Origin: an uncultured Opitutaceae bacterium
GTDB taxonomy: Bacteria > Verrucomicrobiota > Verrucomicrobiia > Opitutales > Opitutaceae
Length of the DNA stretch: 54,934 nt
Reading direction: 5' to 3'
NCBI GenBank assembly: GCA_964496645.1
Contig: CAZCAJ010000023.1
Span: 1-54,934 of the forward strand
Shown here: positions 52,680-54,934 of the stretch, piece after piece
How positions within the stretch are numbered: the first letter of the stretch is position 1
How the letters are laid out: each line of letters begins with the position of its first letter
Notes under the pieces: generated by a model
The model's input: the letters and a program-made list of their open reading frames with translations, nothing else
Told to the model about the DNA's origin: nothing
Database searches by the model: none
Position numbers and translations under genes: made by a program

Positions 52680-54833
52680 ATGGCATCGTCTTCCGGCTCA
52701 AAGGAGAGCGCTTCCCTTGCCGACCTGTTCAGGGTCCTTAGGATGCGCTGGGTCCTGATCGCGCTCGTCATGGGGCTCGTCATCGCGACCACGCTGGTGG
52801 TGACCGCGCTGCTCCCCCAATGGTACCTCGCGACGGCCAAGGTGAGGGTGGAGAAGCCCGAGGGGGAGGTGAAGCTCTTCCAGGCGCAGAGCACCAGCGC
52901 CTACGACCCGTACTTCCTTCAGGACCAGTTCAGGATCATGCAGGACGAGAAGATCCTCTACCCTGTGATCGAGCACCTTGGCCTCAATACGAAGCTCGCG
53001 GCCGCCATGGGGGCGCCCGGCGCGACGCTCACCTCCGACATCACGTACCGGTTCCTCGTGAACAAGATGCTCAGGGTGGAGTCCCAGAGGAGCTCGTCGC
53101 TGATAGAGATAAACGTGTACGCCCAGCAGCCTGCGCTCGCCGCGGACATCGCCAACGAGGTCGCGCGCGTGTACTCGGACGACCGCATCGCGCTCGCCAC
53201 GTCGCAGCAGCGGGAGGGCCTGGTCCAGCTGCAGAAGGAGCTCGAACAGCAGGAGGGCGAGGTCACGAGGCAGCGCGACGTCGTCGAGAGGCTCCGCAAG
53301 GACCTCAACATATCCGGGGTCGACCTCAACGCGAAGTACTCGGACATGGAGATCGAGACGCTGCGCCAGATGCAGAACTCCCTCATCGCGCTCAGGGTCG
53401 ACGCGATCGGCCGGAAGACGCGCTGGGAGAGGTTCAAGAGCATCCCGATCGAGGAGCGGATGGGCCTCGTGAACTCCGAGCTGATCCCGGACCAGAACAT
53501 CCAAAACCTCCTCCAGGCCTACCTCATCGCCGACCAGAAGGTCACCCAGCTCAAGGGCCGCCTGGGCGAGGCGCATCCCGACCTCGTCTCGGCGATCGAC
53601 AACCGCGCCAAGATGAAGGAGCAGCTCGAGTCCCTCCTGCGCGGGTACGAGAGCGGCCTGGAGATCGCCTACAAGGAGGCCGAGGCGCGTGTCGAGGAGC
53701 TTGAGAGCCAGCTCGCGAAGGCCAAGGTCGACCAGATCCTGTCGGCGCGCGACAGGATGCGGCCCTTCGAGGAGGCGGCCCAGAAGCTGGACGACGAGAC
53801 GAGGCTGTACACGACGCTCAAGCTGACCCTTCGCCAGCGCGAAATCGACTTCCAGGTGCCGAAGCGCACGATCGAGATCCTGAACACGGCCGAGCCCGCC
53901 CGCCGGCCCAGCCGCCCGAACTGGATACTGAACATCGCGAGCGCCATCGTCTTCGGGGCCATGCTCTCGGTCGGCGTCGCGCTCACGCTCGAGTACTTCG
54001 ACATGAGCCTGCGCGACGTCGCGGACATTGAGGAGAAGCTCAAAGTCCCGGTGCTCGGAGTGATCCCGCACCTCCACGACCCCATGGGCGCGCAGAAGGA
54101 CGACCCCGGCGAGGCGGAGCCGTATCGCGTGCTCCACACGAACATCAACCTGGCGCTCAAGCCCGGCCAGCCCGCGGTCATCATCGTCTTCTCGGCGGGG
54201 CCCGCGGAGGGCAAGAGCACGACCATCTGCAGGCTCTCCCACCTGATGGGCGCGTTCGGCGAGCGCACGCTCCTCATTGACGGGGACCTGCGCAGGCCCG
54301 CGCAGCATCATCTCGCCGGCTGCCCGAGGGCGCCCGGGCTCAGCGATGTGCTCGCGGGCAAGTGCGCCGTCGAGGCGGCCATCCGAGGCTCCGTCTCGCC
54401 CGGCGTCGACCTCCTGACGAGCGGGGGCGTGCCCGGGTTCTCCCTTGGCCTGCTCCATGCAAACCGTCTGCGCGAGCTGGTCGCCTCGCTCCGGGCCCGC
54501 TATGACCGGATCATGATCGATTCGCCGCCGATAATCGGCGTGAGCGACTCGAGCCTCCTGGCTGGAGTCGCGGACGGCGCGATCCTCCTCATCCAGCACC
54601 GGCGGAACCCCGCGAGCATGGTCCTCAGGGCGCAGCAGACGATCGTGGGGCTCAAGGTTCCGATCCTGGGCGCCGTTCTGACCCAGGTGCCGAGGGGCTC
54701 CGGCGAGGACTACGGTTACTATACCCGGGCCTACTCGTACTATTCGGGCCGGCCGGCGGGCGGGTCCGGTGATGCCGCCACACCGCGTGGCGGCGAAGCG
54801 GGGTCCGGGCCCGACAAGCTGGTCCTGAAATGA
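52680..54833 (+). CDS. Fused polysaccharide co-polymerase (Wzz/GumC-type chain-length determinant) and BY-kinase (Wzc/EpsB-like tyrosine autokinase)
   Basis: TM1, a long periplasmic coiled-coil domain, then TM2; cytoplasmic P-loop with Walker A GPAEGKST, Walker A' DGDLRRP, Walker B IMIDSPP; C-terminal Tyr cluster EDYGYYTRAYSYYSG. Confidence 0.85.
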   Translation: MASSSGSKESASLADLFRVLRMRWVLIALVMGLVIATTLVVTALLPQWYLATAKVRVEKPEGEVKLFQAQSTSAYDPYFLQDQFRIMQDEKILYPVIEHLGLNTKLAAAMGAPGATLTSDITYRFLVNKMLRVESQRSSSLIEINVYAQQPALAADIANEVARVYSDDRIALATSQQREGLVQLQKELEQQEGEVTRQRDVVERLRKDLNISGVDLNAKYSDMEIETLRQMQNSLIALRVDAIGRKTRWERFKSIPIEERMGLVNSELIPDQNIQNLLQAYLIADQKVTQLKGRLGEAHPDLVSAIDNRAKMKEQLESLLRGYESGLEIAYKEAEARVEELESQLAKAKVDQILSARDRMRPFEEAAQKLDDETRLYTTLKLTLRQREIDFQVPKRTIEILNTAEPARRPSRPNWILNIASAIVFGAMLSVGVALTLEYFDMSLRDVADIEEKLKVPVLGVIPHLHDPMGAQKDDPGEAEPYRVLHTNINLALKPGQPAVIIVFSAGPAEGKSTTICRLSHLMGAFGERTLLIDGDLRRPAQHHLAGCPRAPGLSDVLAGKCAVEAAIRGSVSPGVDLLTSGGVPGFSLGLLHANRLRELVASLRARYDRIMIDSPPIIGVSDSSLLAGVADGAILLIQHRRNPASMVLRAQQTIVGLKVPILGAVLTQVPRGSGEDYGYYTRAYSYYSGRPAGGSGDAATPRGGEAGSGPDKLVLK

Positions 54834-54879
54834 TGTTGACGGCGGGGTGGGGCGGGTAGTCTCATCCGACCCCTAATCC

Positions 54880-54934
<55 letters not shown>

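Noticed and set aside
52698-54599. 633-aa ORF antisense to the Wzc gene and 52820..53704 (plus strand) in an alternate frame
   Set aside because: Low-complexity Arg/Asp/Glu-rich translation. The Wzc frame carries Walker motifs and the Tyr cluster.

Overview
Roughly 55 kb of a very high-GC (about 70%) chromosome from a diderm bacterium; lolCDE, lpxB and a beta-barrel outer-membrane protein are present. Coding density is high, genes often overlap by 4 nt (ATGA or GTGA), and large GC-driven antisense ORFs are common artefacts. I found no transposase, integrase, CRISPR array or rRNA. In order, the window holds: (1) the sulfate ABC transporter tail cysW and cysA, then cysK. (2) A respiratory copper island with a caa3-type cytochrome c oxidase operon (ctaC with a fused cytochrome c domain, ctaD, ctaE, subunit IV, ctaG and a polytopic membrane protein), a divergent azurin gene, ctaA-ctaB-ctaM(DUF420), and a CusF-like::SCO1 fusion coupled to an unknown periplasmic protein made of two internal repeats. 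(3) Housekeeping genes: a short AMP-nucleosidase-family gene, a periplasmic nucleoside hydrolase, lipA, lysS, lolE/lolD, a Gfo/Idh/MocA oxidoreductase overlapping lpxB, hemA with a ccsA/hemX-like gene, a secreted thioredoxin, rsmB, dnaE, a flotillin and rpsU. (4) An accessory-looking patch of small genes at 33.8-41.8 kb, including two ICMT paralogues, a lipoprotein S1 protease, a SHOCT lipoprotein and MOSC, DUF488, GNAT and RidA proteins. (5) mutY divergent from adjacent rnhC (RNase HIII) and rnhB (RNase HII) genes, followed by a cytoplasmic PAS histidine kinase. (6) An ECF sigma factor, anti-sigma factor and LTXXQ periplasmic protein operon. (7) A sigma-54 NtrC-type response regulator coupled to a large GT-C-like membrane protein, an outer-membrane beta-barrel and a fused Wzc chain-length and tyrosine-kinase gene, which reads as an exopolysaccharide export and regulation module. 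A 3'-truncated tRNA-Gly(GCC) closes the window. The most novel candidates are the SCO1-coupled tandem-repeat periplasmic protein, a possible Cu(A) chaperone, and the sigma-54-coupled membrane protein with its export module. All coordinates were derived from the supplied ORF track; starts were chosen from homology, signal peptides and overlap logic and may be off by one codon choice.
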